Shown piece by piece: positions 15,736-23,897 of a stretch of DNA of 64,000 nucleotides. Position numbers and translations under genes: made by a program. Origin of the DNA: Candidatus Aeolococcus gillhamiae (GTDB lineage: Bacteria > Chloroflexota > Dormibacteria > Aeolococcales > Aeolococcaceae); NCBI GenBank assembly GCA_003244045.1, contig QHBU01000153.1, forward strand, positions 67 to 64,066. The letters are read 5' to 3'. The notes below the pieces were generated by a model. That model worked only from the letters and a program-made list of their open reading frames with translations. It was not told the DNA's origin and did not search any database. The first letter of the stretch is position 1, and each line of letters opens with the position of its first letter.

Positions 15736-15749
15736 GAGCCGATCGGCTC
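15736..15749. terminator. GC-rich palindrome between convergent genes (weak bidirectional terminator candidate)
   Basis: GAGCCGATCGGCTC is a perfect 14-nt palindrome (5-bp stem, 4-nt loop). No U-tract. Confidence 0.25.
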
Positions 15750-15777
15750 TAGCGTCGCCTCGGGTCCATCCAGTTGA

Positions 15778-16551
15778 CTAGGCGAAGAATCCGGTCACGC
15801 CAACAAGAAATGTCGGGCACGCGGCCCCGTACAAGGACACAGTAAAGGTGAGATTCCCGCCCGGTGCAACGCCATTATTCTGATCGGCAAACCCCCCGGA
15901 CGTGTTGACGATTGCCCCGGTCGCATCGAAGCAGTAGACGTTCACGTTGTACGGACCCTGCAATGCAGCTCGTGTCGCGTTTGTTGCCGTGCCCACGATG
16001 CTACCTCCTAACAGCTTCGCTTCCGTCACCTTCGCCGTCGCTGTGTTGTACGAAGACGTGTCGGCCGGGACGGTCTCGGAGGTAAAGGCGTACACCGCGG
16101 TGTCAGGAATCTGCGCCGCCGTTCCGATCTGGAAGTAGATAAAGGAGAGAGCGGCCTCCCCGGGAGCCAACTGCGATGGGTCGGTCTCTTGACTCTGACC
16201 AGTCGCGCGGAGGGTTCCGGTGGCGTCGCGAGCCGTCGCTGTCACGTCGATGTGGGAAACGGCATGCGCCGTGTTGTTCCTCAGAACGATTGGAATGTCC
16301 GCGGCGCCACTCGGATCCCGAAGGAGCTTCCCGACATATACAGCGTCGATTTTGCCCGGGTGTCCGGCGGGAAAATTGGGCTTTGCAGTTCCGGCGAGCA
16401 GAGCACCTGGGTTGAATGTCGAAGGCGCGCTCGCGCTGCTTGAAGACGTCACCGGACTACCTCCGGTTGCAGTCATAGTGCTCCCGCCGCAGGCGCTTAG
16501 TGCCAACACAGCCCCGGCGGCGGCAGGCCCGACCAGCTGGCGCAGTCTCAT
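15778..16551 (-). CDS. lipoprotein of unknown function
   Basis: Signal peptide with lipobox AVLALSAC-GGS, a Ser/Thr-rich linker, then a beta-rich domain. Confidence 0.7.
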   Translation of the reverse strand: MRLRQLVGPAAAGAVLALSACGGSTMTATGGSPVTSSSSASAPSTFNPGALLAGTAKPNFPAGHPGKIDAVYVGKLLRDPSGAADIPIVLRNNTAHAVSHIDVTATARDATGTLRATGQSQETDPSQLAPGEAALSFIYFQIGTAAQIPDTAVYAFTSETVPADTSSYNTATAKVTEAKLLGGSIVGTATNATRAALQGPYNVNVYCFDATGAIVNTSGGFADQNNGVAPGGNLTFTVSLYGAACPTFLVGVTGFFA

Positions 16552-16602
16552 TAATCGGGAGATAGTAGGACTCCTTCGGCGGTTCCGCTCAGCCTCCGAC
16601 CG

Positions 16603-16740
16603 CTAGTCGATGAGCCGTGCCTTCAGCCGGGCGAACTCCTCCTCGGACAACGCACCCGCCTGACGCAGCGCGACTAGATTACCAACCTCATCGGCAAAGA
16701 TGAGCGGGGTGCGGCTGCGTCGTCTGAGCCCAAACGTGCT
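16603..16740 (-). pseudogene. orphan SHOCT-domain C-terminal fragment
   Basis: The frame reads ...PLIFADEVGNLVALRQAGALSEEEFARLKARLID then stop, a SHOCT-like motif. There is no ATG/GTG/TTG between it and the upstream in-frame TGA (16741-16743). Upstream sequence to ~16960 switches frames. Confidence 0.35.
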
Positions 16741-17054
16741 TCAGGAAGAACGTCATCCACCCCAATTGCATCCACAGGCCCTGACGCCCGTGCCAAGATC
16801 GCCCAATGCGTGGCGGCTCCAGGGTATTTGCCCTGGGCCCACACTCAACCGATGGCCGGTCAGATGCGCATCACTCATCCTGCGCGGTCGTCGATCCGCC
16901 TGGATGACGTGGTCGCGAACCAATGAGATACCACAGCGACTTCACCCGGAGCTGCGCCTCCGCGGCTGGCTCATTGTGGAAGTTGGCTGGCAAGTTGATC
17001 GGCCGTCAGCCACCGCCGAGGACGCTGGGCCAGAAGGTCCAAGGGTGCGGTTGC

Positions 17055-17516
17055 ATGATGATCTTCCCCGTGTTCTCTTTGACGTTGTGGCTGCTCAAGT
17101 GGATGGTGATGGCTATGGCGGCGCTAGCACTGATAACGGCAGCGACGGGCTGCAGCCTAGCGGCTGGGGTCGGGCTGATCGTGGATCTTTTCCCCAGCCA
17201 GGCCAAGAAAGCCTGGAGTCCACCACAACCACGGATTCCACCGCCGCCCGGCCGTTCGGTTGCTTCCAAGGTGGCGCCCCAGGCGGCTCCTGACGTAGTA
17301 AGTGACCCACCGCCCGTCGCAGCTGGCCCCCCTGTTGCATACAGACTTGAATGGGCAGTGAAGAATGCACTTGCGGCCCAGGTGATAGCTGGCCAAAAGC
17401 ATTACCGCGTCAACTGCCTCCACTGCGGACAGTTGCTTGAGGTTCCGACAGGGAATATCCGCTGCCCGCTGTGCCGCAAGCGGAACAGGGTCAAGGCACC
17501 GCCTGAGTCAGGTTAG
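17055..17516 (+). CDS. membrane-anchored zinc-ribbon protein
   Basis: Track ORF 16923..17516 trimmed to ATG 17055 (MMIFPVFSLTLWLLKWMVMAMAALALITAATG). Pro-rich linker. C-terminal CLHCGQLLEVPTGNIRCPLCRKRN. Confidence 0.5.
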   Translation: MMIFPVFSLTLWLLKWMVMAMAALALITAATGCSLAAGVGLIVDLFPSQAKKAWSPPQPRIPPPPGRSVASKVAPQAAPDVVSDPPPVAAGPPVAYRLEWAVKNALAAQVIAGQKHYRVNCLHCGQLLEVPTGNIRCPLCRKRNRVKAPPESG

Positions 17517-17537
17517 CCCGAGCAACCGCTCGACATC

Positions 17538-17795
17538 TTGAGCCGCGCGTTCGGCGTGTTCGAGCTAGCCGCGAAGGGTTCTGGAAGCCACGCAACTGTC
17601 GTCATCCGAACAAACGGCGAGGCGGCGGAGACGGGCTGCTTCACAATCCGAGACCTCTCCGCGGCTGAGGTCCGGGCGAAACTTGCCGGGTGGTTGCGCG
17701 GTCGAGACATTCCTTGGTACGAGGACCAAGAGGGTGAGGGCCCGGCTAACGCCACCTCTGCGACACGCTCTCCGCCGGCGTGGGCGACTAGTTGA
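17538..17795 (+). CDS. hypothetical protein (85 aa)
   Basis: TTG-start ORF with coding-like composition. No family recognised. Confidence 0.35.
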   Translation: MSRAFGVFELAAKGSGSHATVVIRTNGEAAETGCFTIRDLSAAEVRAKLAGWLRGRDIPWYEDQEGEGPANATSATRSPPAWATS

Positions 17796-17973
17796 CATTC
17801 GACCTCCCGAATCGCCCTTGCGGTGCTGCGCCTTCGAGAACAGCAGCCTGCGGCTGGCCGGCGACGGTTTCAGTGGCGAGCTGGTGCTGGACGGCTCGGT
17901 GCGGCCGGTCTGCCTGAGTGCTCGGCCGGCGTAGGAAAGTCAACACACTGCTCAAGTCGGGATCGAGGGCCTA

Positions 17974-17994
17974 CTGTCGTCGGTGCTGTCGTCA
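17974..17994 (+). promoter_or_regulatory. tandem pair of 9-mer CTGTCGTCA (putative arm-type site, right arm)
   Basis: ctgtcgtcg at 17974-17982 (1 mismatch) and ctgtcgtca at 17986-17994 (exact), 12-bp period, 55-75 bp from attR. Confidence 0.5.
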
Positions 17995-18048
17995 TTCGGC
18001 CCATTCTCGTCAGAAATCCCTTGTGTTATAAGGGTTCTCTAAAGACAT

Positions 18049-18067
18049 GTCGGGAAGGGGAGATTCG
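18049..18067. repeat. attR: 19-bp direct repeat GTCGGGAAGGGGAGATTCG within the tRNA-Pro 3' end
   Basis: Identical to 2396-2414. Covers the discriminator base, the 3' acceptor strand, the 3' T-stem and part of the T-loop. Confidence 0.8.
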
Positions 18068-18124
18068 AACTCCCGACCTCACGGTCCCGAACCGTGCACT
18101 CTAACCTGGCTGAGCTACTTCCCG
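18050..18124 (-). tRNA. tRNA-Pro (anticodon CGG)
   Basis: Hand-folded cloverleaf. Acceptor CGGGAAG/CTTCCCG (C1-G72). D arm GCTC-AGCCAGGTTA-GAGT. Anticodon arm CACGG-TTCGGGA-CCGTG. Variable loop AGGTC. T arm GGGAG-TTCGAAT-CTCCC. Discriminator A. 75 nt, CCA not encoded. Confidence 0.9.
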
Positions 18125-18206
18125 AGGCGCCGGAGTGTACCACCGCCCTCTCCGGCGCTCTTCGGCCGCAGACCTACAATGTCCAGTCCATGCAGGGACA
18201 ACAGTC

Positions 18207-19214
18207 ATGAGCCGCCGCGTGTCAGCGCCCTCGGGAGCAGCCAAAAAGCCACGCGTCTCGCGCGTTGCCGGCGACGAACTTCTCGCGCTTGCCGCCACCC
18301 CCACACGCCGTCGGCGCCGTGCGTCGTCGGCCGGCCCGCCGAGCCCGCTGCGAGAGATCATCGACACCCTCGATGGAACCGTGCAAGGCGTCATCGAGCG
18401 CGGCCGGAAGGGGTCACTCGACGAGCGCGACCCCGAGTACATGGAGCGCAACCTCCGCTGGCTGAACTACGTCGCCGATTACTACTTCCGTGGCGAGGTG
18501 CGCCACATCGAGCGCATCCCCGCGAAGGGACCGGTGCTCCTGGTCGGCAACCACAGCGGCGGCATGGCCACGCCTGACACATGGGTCTTCATGGTCAACT
18601 TCCTGCGCCATTTCGGCCTGTCCCGACCGAGCTACGCTCTGGCTCACAACATCGTGATGGGCCTGCCCATCATGGGCACGATGCTGCGCAAGTCGGGCAC
18701 GCTGCCGGCGCATCCTGACTACGCGCGTGCGGCATTGCGAAAGGGCGCGTCCGTGCTCGTGTATCCCGGTGGCGACGAGGACGTCTTCCGCACCTGGTCG
18801 GAGCGCAATCGCATCCACCTGGCCAACCGCACGGGATTCGTGCGCCTTGCCCTGCAGGAGCGCGTGCCCATCCAGCCGGTGGTCAGCATCGGCGGACACG
18901 AGACCGTGTTCGTGGCCAGCGACGGCAAGAAGCTGGCGCGCGTGCTCGGGCTCGAGAGATTTCGCCTCAAGGCTCTGCCGATCATGTTCTGCCTGCCGTG
19001 GGGCATCTCGCCGGGCAACTACCTTCTCCACCTGCCGCTGCCGGCCAAGATCACCGTCGAGGTGGGGGAGCCGATCGATTTCCACGCACAGTTCGGGAAG
19101 CTCGACGCCCGCGATCCCGAGGTTCTCTGGGCCTGCTACCACTACGTCGAGCAGCGCATGCAGAGCATCCTCGACGGCCTCGCCGAAGAGCGCAGACTTC
19201 CGGTGCTCGGCTGA
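18207..19214 (+). CDS. lysophospholipid/glycerolipid acyltransferase-family protein
   Basis: Track ORF trimmed to ATG 18207. VLLVGNHSGG (H-x4-D-type block region) and VYPGGDEDVFR motifs. Confidence 0.8.
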   Translation: MSRRVSAPSGAAKKPRVSRVAGDELLALAATPTRRRRRASSAGPPSPLREIIDTLDGTVQGVIERGRKGSLDERDPEYMERNLRWLNYVADYYFRGEVRHIERIPAKGPVLLVGNHSGGMATPDTWVFMVNFLRHFGLSRPSYALAHNIVMGLPIMGTMLRKSGTLPAHPDYARAALRKGASVLVYPGGDEDVFRTWSERNRIHLANRTGFVRLALQERVPIQPVVSIGGHETVFVASDGKKLARVLGLERFRLKALPIMFCLPWGISPGNYLLHLPLPAKITVEVGEPIDFHAQFGKLDARDPEVLWACYHYVEQRMQSILDGLAEERRLPVLG

Positions 19215-19235
19215 CGCGAGGGGAAGGAGAGACAG

Positions 19236-19715
19236 ATGGGACACATCACCACAAGTGAGCAGATCGCGGCGCCGGTCGAGGCCGTGTTTGCGTACGTCGA
19301 CGACCATCGCAACACCACCAAGTACATGAAGGACCTCACCAAGTGGGCCCCCGTCGGTTCGAAGACCCACGGCAAGGGCGCGAAGTTCGCGGTGGCGATG
19401 AAGGCGGGCCCGATGACGCTGTCGTCGGTCGTCGACATCACCACCTGGACGGAGAACCGCGCCATCGGCTGGAAGTCGACCGAGGGTTTCAAGCAGACCG
19501 GCAAGTGGTCGTTCAAGGCGTCGGCGGAGGGAACGGAGGCAACCTTCGACATGGATTACGAACTGCCAGGCGGGATCGCCGGACGGATGGTCTCGCGCGC
19601 TGCCGATCCGATCGTGCGCGGCAACATCGAGCAGTCCGTGCGCAATCTCCGCTCGCAGGTCGAGAAGGCCTCCAAGAAGCCCACGGCCTCGGCCAAAGCG
19701 CGTCGCAAGGCCTGA
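19236..19715 (+). CDS. SRPBCC (START/polyketide-cyclase-like) family protein
   Basis: MGHITTSEQIAAPVEAVFAYVDDHRNTTKYMKDL... is a typical SRPBCC N-terminus, and the size fits. Confidence 0.8.
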   Translation: MGHITTSEQIAAPVEAVFAYVDDHRNTTKYMKDLTKWAPVGSKTHGKGAKFAVAMKAGPMTLSSVVDITTWTENRAIGWKSTEGFKQTGKWSFKASAEGTEATFDMDYELPGGIAGRMVSRAADPIVRGNIEQSVRNLRSQVEKASKKPTASAKARRKA

Positions 19716-19816
19716 TCCGGACGACCCGGGCACGGCGAGTCGCCGTTACTGGCCCAGCACCACTCCGCTACCGGGTGGGGTCAGGCAGGTCGCCGAACCC
19801 TCGGGATAATGCCCAT

Positions 19817-21541
19817 GTGAGCATCGCGGCCCCGACTCCGCGCGTTGCCGCACCGGACGAGCCCTCCTCGAGCCAGCACGACATTCAGGCGCCGCGCCCG
19901 CCGCTGGATCTCGCCCAGGCGGTACGCCTCTTCACCGGCCTTGCGTTGATGGGCTGGTCGATGTTGTGGTGGATCGACACCGGCACCTCGCCGCTCGGCC
20001 CCGCGATGACCGCTGTGTCGCTGGTCGGCGGTTTGACAGTGGTCGGTCTGAGCGTCACCAACCGTTCGGTTGCGAGCTGGCGCCGGCTCGACCTCCGCGT
20101 GCTGGTTTTCACGCTGATCGTCACCGGCATGTGGCTGTCCGTCCGGTCATCGGAGCACGTGTACCAGACCGACGAGATCACCACAGGCCAGGCATCGGCG
20201 GCTGTGCTTCTCTCCGGACACAATCCGTACGCGACCGACCTCACCAAGGAGCTCAGCCGGTTCAACCTGCCGCCCGATGTCGCCACACCACTGCTGGACG
20301 GCGGCACGATTCACTCGACGAGCTACCCCGCGCTGTCATTCCTTCTCTATATCCCCTTCGGAGCGTTGCTCGGGCTCGGCTCGCCATTCGCGCTGGTCGC
20401 CGACGGCTTGGCGTGGATCCTGCTCATGTTTCTGCTCTGGCGCCTGCTCGATGAACGGCTGCGCCCCGTGGTCCCGCTGATCGCCAGCTTCCCCTTTTAC
20501 CTCAGCTTCATCGATGGTGGCGTCACCGACGTCCTCTATCTGCCCTTCCTGCTGCTTGCCCTTCATCGCTGGGACCGTTTTCTCGACAGCGGCGGGTCAC
20601 GACTCATGCGCTGGCTGGGTCCCGTCTGTCTTGGGCTGGCCTGCAGCGTCAAGCCAACGCCGTGGCTGATCGCGCCCTTCCTCGTCGCCGCGTTGACGAT
20701 CGAGTCGGCACGCCGCGGACGCAATCCCTGGCGCACCGCGGCGACGTACTCGACGATCGCGCTCGGCGCATTCCTGGTCGTGAACGGTCCATTCATCGTC
20801 ATGGACCCCGGTGCCTGGGCCCACGGCACGCTGTTGCCACTGCTGCAGCCGATCGTGCCGTTCGGGCAGGGCATCGCCATGCTCCCGGTGTACCTCCACA
20901 TCGCCGGTGGACACGTCTCCTACCTTGGCGTCGCGGGGGTCGCCGCCATTCTCGCCAGCCTCGGGGCATTCATCGCGTTCTATCCGCGCAGCGCGCGCCT
21001 GCTTCCTTTGATGGCGGCCGTGCCACTGCTGCTGTCGGCCCGCTCCCTGTTCAACTACTTCATCTACCTCGCCATCCTCGTGCTGGTGCACGCCGCCAAC
21101 GTGCCGTACAGCCGGCGCACCCCGTTCCGAGGCCAGCACCTGTTCCGGTGGGCTGGCCTCGGGCTTGCCGGCGCCGGAGCAGCGGCGGCGGCGGCGGCAA
21201 CGGTGGCCTTCCTGGTCAGCCCGGCGCCATTGCACCTCACCATCACCGCACAGCGCGGCTCGGGTGACCCCGGCAGCCCCGTACCCACCATCACCGTGGC
21301 GGCGGACAACATCACCGACAAGCCGGTGAAGCCGATCTTCCTGGTCACGTCAGCCGGGTGGATGAACCCGGCCTGGCGCACGCAGGGGCCGGCAGTGCTC
21401 GGGCCACACGCCTCCGCCACCTACACCCTGGTGAGCACCGACTCGCGCACCAGGTTCGACCTCGGGACGGTGTACCTGGTCGACGCGCTGGCCAGCAATC
21501 CCGGCTCGGTCAGCACCTCGCAGTGGGTCACGGTGCCGTGA
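19817..21541 (+). CDS. polytopic GT-C membrane glycosyltransferase (DUF2029/GT87-like)
   Basis: Track ORF 19343.. trimmed to GTG 19817 because its upstream part overlaps the SRPBCC gene. Many TM segments. LLSGHNPYATDL...STSYPALSFLLYIPF motif. C-terminal extracytoplasmic beta-rich domain. Confidence 0.7.
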   Translation: MSIAAPTPRVAAPDEPSSSQHDIQAPRPPLDLAQAVRLFTGLALMGWSMLWWIDTGTSPLGPAMTAVSLVGGLTVVGLSVTNRSVASWRRLDLRVLVFTLIVTGMWLSVRSSEHVYQTDEITTGQASAAVLLSGHNPYATDLTKELSRFNLPPDVATPLLDGGTIHSTSYPALSFLLYIPFGALLGLGSPFALVADGLAWILLMFLLWRLLDERLRPVVPLIASFPFYLSFIDGGVTDVLYLPFLLLALHRWDRFLDSGGSRLMRWLGPVCLGLACSVKPTPWLIAPFLVAALTIESARRGRNPWRTAATYSTIALGAFLVVNGPFIVMDPGAWAHGTLLPLLQPIVPFGQGIAMLPVYLHIAGGHVSYLGVAGVAAILASLGAFIAFYPRSARLLPLMAAVPLLLSARSLFNYFIYLAILVLVHAANVPYSRRTPFRGQHLFRWAGLGLAGAGAAAAAAATVAFLVSPAPLHLTITAQRGSGDPGSPVPTITVAADNITDKPVKPIFLVTSAGWMNPAWRTQGPAVLGPHASATYTLVSTDSRTRFDLGTVYLVDALASNPGSVSTSQWVTVP

Positions 21542-22323
21542 TGGCGCGGCAGAACACCGTCCACGCCGCCGCTGCCGTGCTCGTCGTCGTCCCCACCTAC
21601 AACGAGCGCGAGAACCTGGCCACGTTGGCCCCGCGGATCCTGGCGCAGGGCGAACAGTTCCATCTCCTCGTCGTCGACGACGACTCTCCGGACGGCACGG
21701 GGCCGCTCGCCGACGAGCTCGCTGCCGCCGACCCCCGGGTCCGCGTGCTGCACCGCGCATCCAAGGGCGGTTTGGGGCCGGCCTACATCGCCGGACTCAC
21801 CACCGGGATGAAGCGCGGGTTCGACTACCTGGTCACCATGGACGCGGACCACTCGCACGACCCGGCGGATCTGCCCCGTCTCCTTGCCGCGACCCACGAC
21901 GCCCTGGCGGACGTGGCGCTTGGCTCGCGCTGGACCGCGGGGGGGAGCACGCGCGGCTGGCCGCTGCGGCGCCGCGTGCTGAGCCGCGGCGGCTCGGCCT
22001 ATGTCCGGCTGGTGCTGGGCGTCGACCTGCGCGACGCCACCGCGGGCTTCAAGTGCATCCGCGCGTCGGCGCTGGCGGCGTTGGAGATCGACACCATCGG
22101 CAGCTCTGGGTACGCCTTCAATATCGAGCTCAACTACCGCGCCACGCTGCGCGGCTTTCGCATCGTCGAGGTTCCCATCGTCTTCACCGAGCGCATCACC
22201 GGCGCCAGCAAGATGTCCGGACGGATCGTCGCGGAAGCACTCCTGCGCGTCCCGGCGCTGCGCACCACCAGCCTGCGTCCCCTCGCGGACGTGCGCCCCC
22301 TTGCCGACGCCCGCCCCACCTAG
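21541..22323 (+). CDS. ppm1: polyprenol-phosphate mannose synthase (GT2, Ppm1/DPM1-like)
   Basis: VVVPTYNERENL, LLVVDDDSPDGT, GLGPAYIAG and VTMDADHSHDP motifs. The start overlaps the upstream stop by 1 nt. Confidence 0.85.
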   Translation: MARQNTVHAAAAVLVVVPTYNERENLATLAPRILAQGEQFHLLVVDDDSPDGTGPLADELAAADPRVRVLHRASKGGLGPAYIAGLTTGMKRGFDYLVTMDADHSHDPADLPRLLAATHDALADVALGSRWTAGGSTRGWPLRRRVLSRGGSAYVRLVLGVDLRDATAGFKCIRASALAALEIDTIGSSGYAFNIELNYRATLRGFRIVEVPIVFTERITGASKMSGRIVAEALLRVPALRTTSLRPLADVRPLADARPT

Positions 22324-22329
22324 GCGGAG

Positions 22330-23748
22330 TCAGTCCGCCGCAGCCCTCGCTTCCGCGGTCGGGCGGTGGCGCGCACCCGGCACACGCGGCAGGCGTGAGC
22401 CGAGCACTCGACGCAACGGTGCCGGCCAGGCCAGGCCGCCCCGGGGAACAATGCCCGGCGCGCCGGCCACGAACAGCAGGGCGATGGCCGCGCTGAAGTA
22501 GTAGTTGAGGAACGCCTGCTTGGCGAAGATGCAGGCGACGATGAGCAGGCCCGCGCCGGCCACCAGCAGGTCGCCGTAGTCACGACAGCGGCGCAGCGTG
22601 AAGAGGACAACCGCCAAGACCACACCCACCAGCAGCACCGTGGCCGGGATCGGCGCACTGCCGAAGACGTGCAGCAGACCGTTGAGGTTGGCGGCGTCAT
22701 GGCGGCCGGGAAGGTCGCCGTAGATGCCGACCGTGTCGTAAACGAACTGCGGGACCCCGGTCCAGATCGCGAACGGAGCCACGATCGCCACCGTCGCCAC
22801 GGCGGCGCGGAGCAGCTCGCTGCGCACCGCGCCGTTCCAGAAGGCCAGCGGCACCATCACCGCCAGCATGGTGGGCTTGCAGGCCAGGCCGACGGTGAGC
22901 GCCGCGATGGCCCAGTTGCGGTGGCGGTCACGCAACACCAGCCACCAGGCCATGCCGGCGACACAGAACGTGTCGGTCCACTCGGTGAGGATCATGAATG
23001 GGAGGAACGGCGAGGCCAGCCACACCGCGGCGATGGTGGCGCTGTGCCTATGGCTGCCCGCCGCTCGCCGTGTCCACACCACGACGGCGGCGAGGATGGC
23101 GACGTTGAGCGCGACCACGGTGAGGCGCACGTCGCCGATGAGCCGCGCCGGAATGCTCAGGATGATCACCATCGGTCCGTAGTTCAGCGAGCCGGACCCG
23201 TACAGCTGGTGCGCACCGTAGCTGTCGAGCAGGATGGGGTAGACGGGCGCGTAGGGGTTCTGCCCGTGCAGGAACGCCTGGGTGGACCCCTGCACCTCGT
23301 CGAAGACGTCGATGGGCGCGTATCCCCAGGTCCAGGCGTGCGTGACGGTGAGGGTCACCGCCAGGGCGCAGGCGCCGAGAAGCAGCCAGGCTTGGCGCGG
23401 GGAGCGCAGCAGCGGGACGGCGGCAAGCGCGAGCCCGGTCAGGTACATGGCCGCAGCCGGCGGCAACACCACCGGCTGGCCGAGTGTCTGCACCGCGATG
23501 GCCACCGTGCAGACGAGCGCACCCGGCATCGCCGCGGGCCGTCCCGACGCCAGGTAGCAGAGCCCGGCCGCCGCCACCACCAGCGCAAACCCGAGGATGA
23601 ACGCCCCGGGGCTCGGCGCGGTCACCACGTTCCCCCCGCCGACCCGGATCCAGACGTTGCCCGCGCCCAGCGCGCAGAAGCCGATCACGGCCAGTTCCGC
23701 ACGGTTGAGGGCGCGCAGCGTCGCAGCGATTCTCGATGCCCGCTTCAC
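22330..23748 (-). CDS. polytopic GT-C membrane glycosyltransferase (DUF2029/GT87-like)
   Basis: FLHGQNPYAPVYP...LNYGPMVIILSIP motif and many TM segments. Start set at GTG 23748, since the track start at 23895 would abut pdxS. Start uncertain. Confidence 0.7.
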   Translation of the reverse strand: MKRASRIAATLRALNRAELAVIGFCALGAGNVWIRVGGGNVVTAPSPGAFILGFALVVAAAGLCYLASGRPAAMPGALVCTVAIAVQTLGQPVVLPPAAAMYLTGLALAAVPLLRSPRQAWLLLGACALAVTLTVTHAWTWGYAPIDVFDEVQGSTQAFLHGQNPYAPVYPILLDSYGAHQLYGSGSLNYGPMVIILSIPARLIGDVRLTVVALNVAILAAVVVWTRRAAGSHRHSATIAAVWLASPFLPFMILTEWTDTFCVAGMAWWLVLRDRHRNWAIAALTVGLACKPTMLAVMVPLAFWNGAVRSELLRAAVATVAIVAPFAIWTGVPQFVYDTVGIYGDLPGRHDAANLNGLLHVFGSAPIPATVLLVGVVLAVVLFTLRRCRDYGDLLVAGAGLLIVACIFAKQAFLNYYFSAAIALLFVAGAPGIVPRGGLAWPAPLRRVLGSRLPRVPGARHRPTAEARAAAD

Positions 23749-23897
23749 GCACAGATCATGCGATCGATCGGCGGGACGCGCGCACAGTGATGTCGCAAGT
23801 CGGCTTCGCCTTCTTCTCGTTGTCTCGGCGGCGCGGCGGGCATCCCGACGTCGGCGGTCTGCGAGAATGACCCCACGACGTGAATGAGGAGACACCT

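Larger units (their letters stand above)
2396..18067. mobile_element. ~15.7-kb integrative element at tRNA-Pro (phage-satellite-like / defence island)
   Basis: Bounded by 19-bp direct repeats, one of which is the tRNA 3' end. Contains int, an Xis-type HTH, a DUF3631 protein and a TerS-like gene, with arm-type repeat pairs near both ends. The cargo gene has lower GC than its surroundings. Confidence 0.8.

Noticed and set aside
19343-19816. 5' extension of the GT-C ORF 19343..21541
   Set aside because: It overlaps the SRPBCC gene in another frame and reads as Arg/Gly-rich noise. The membrane protein plausibly begins at GTG 19817.
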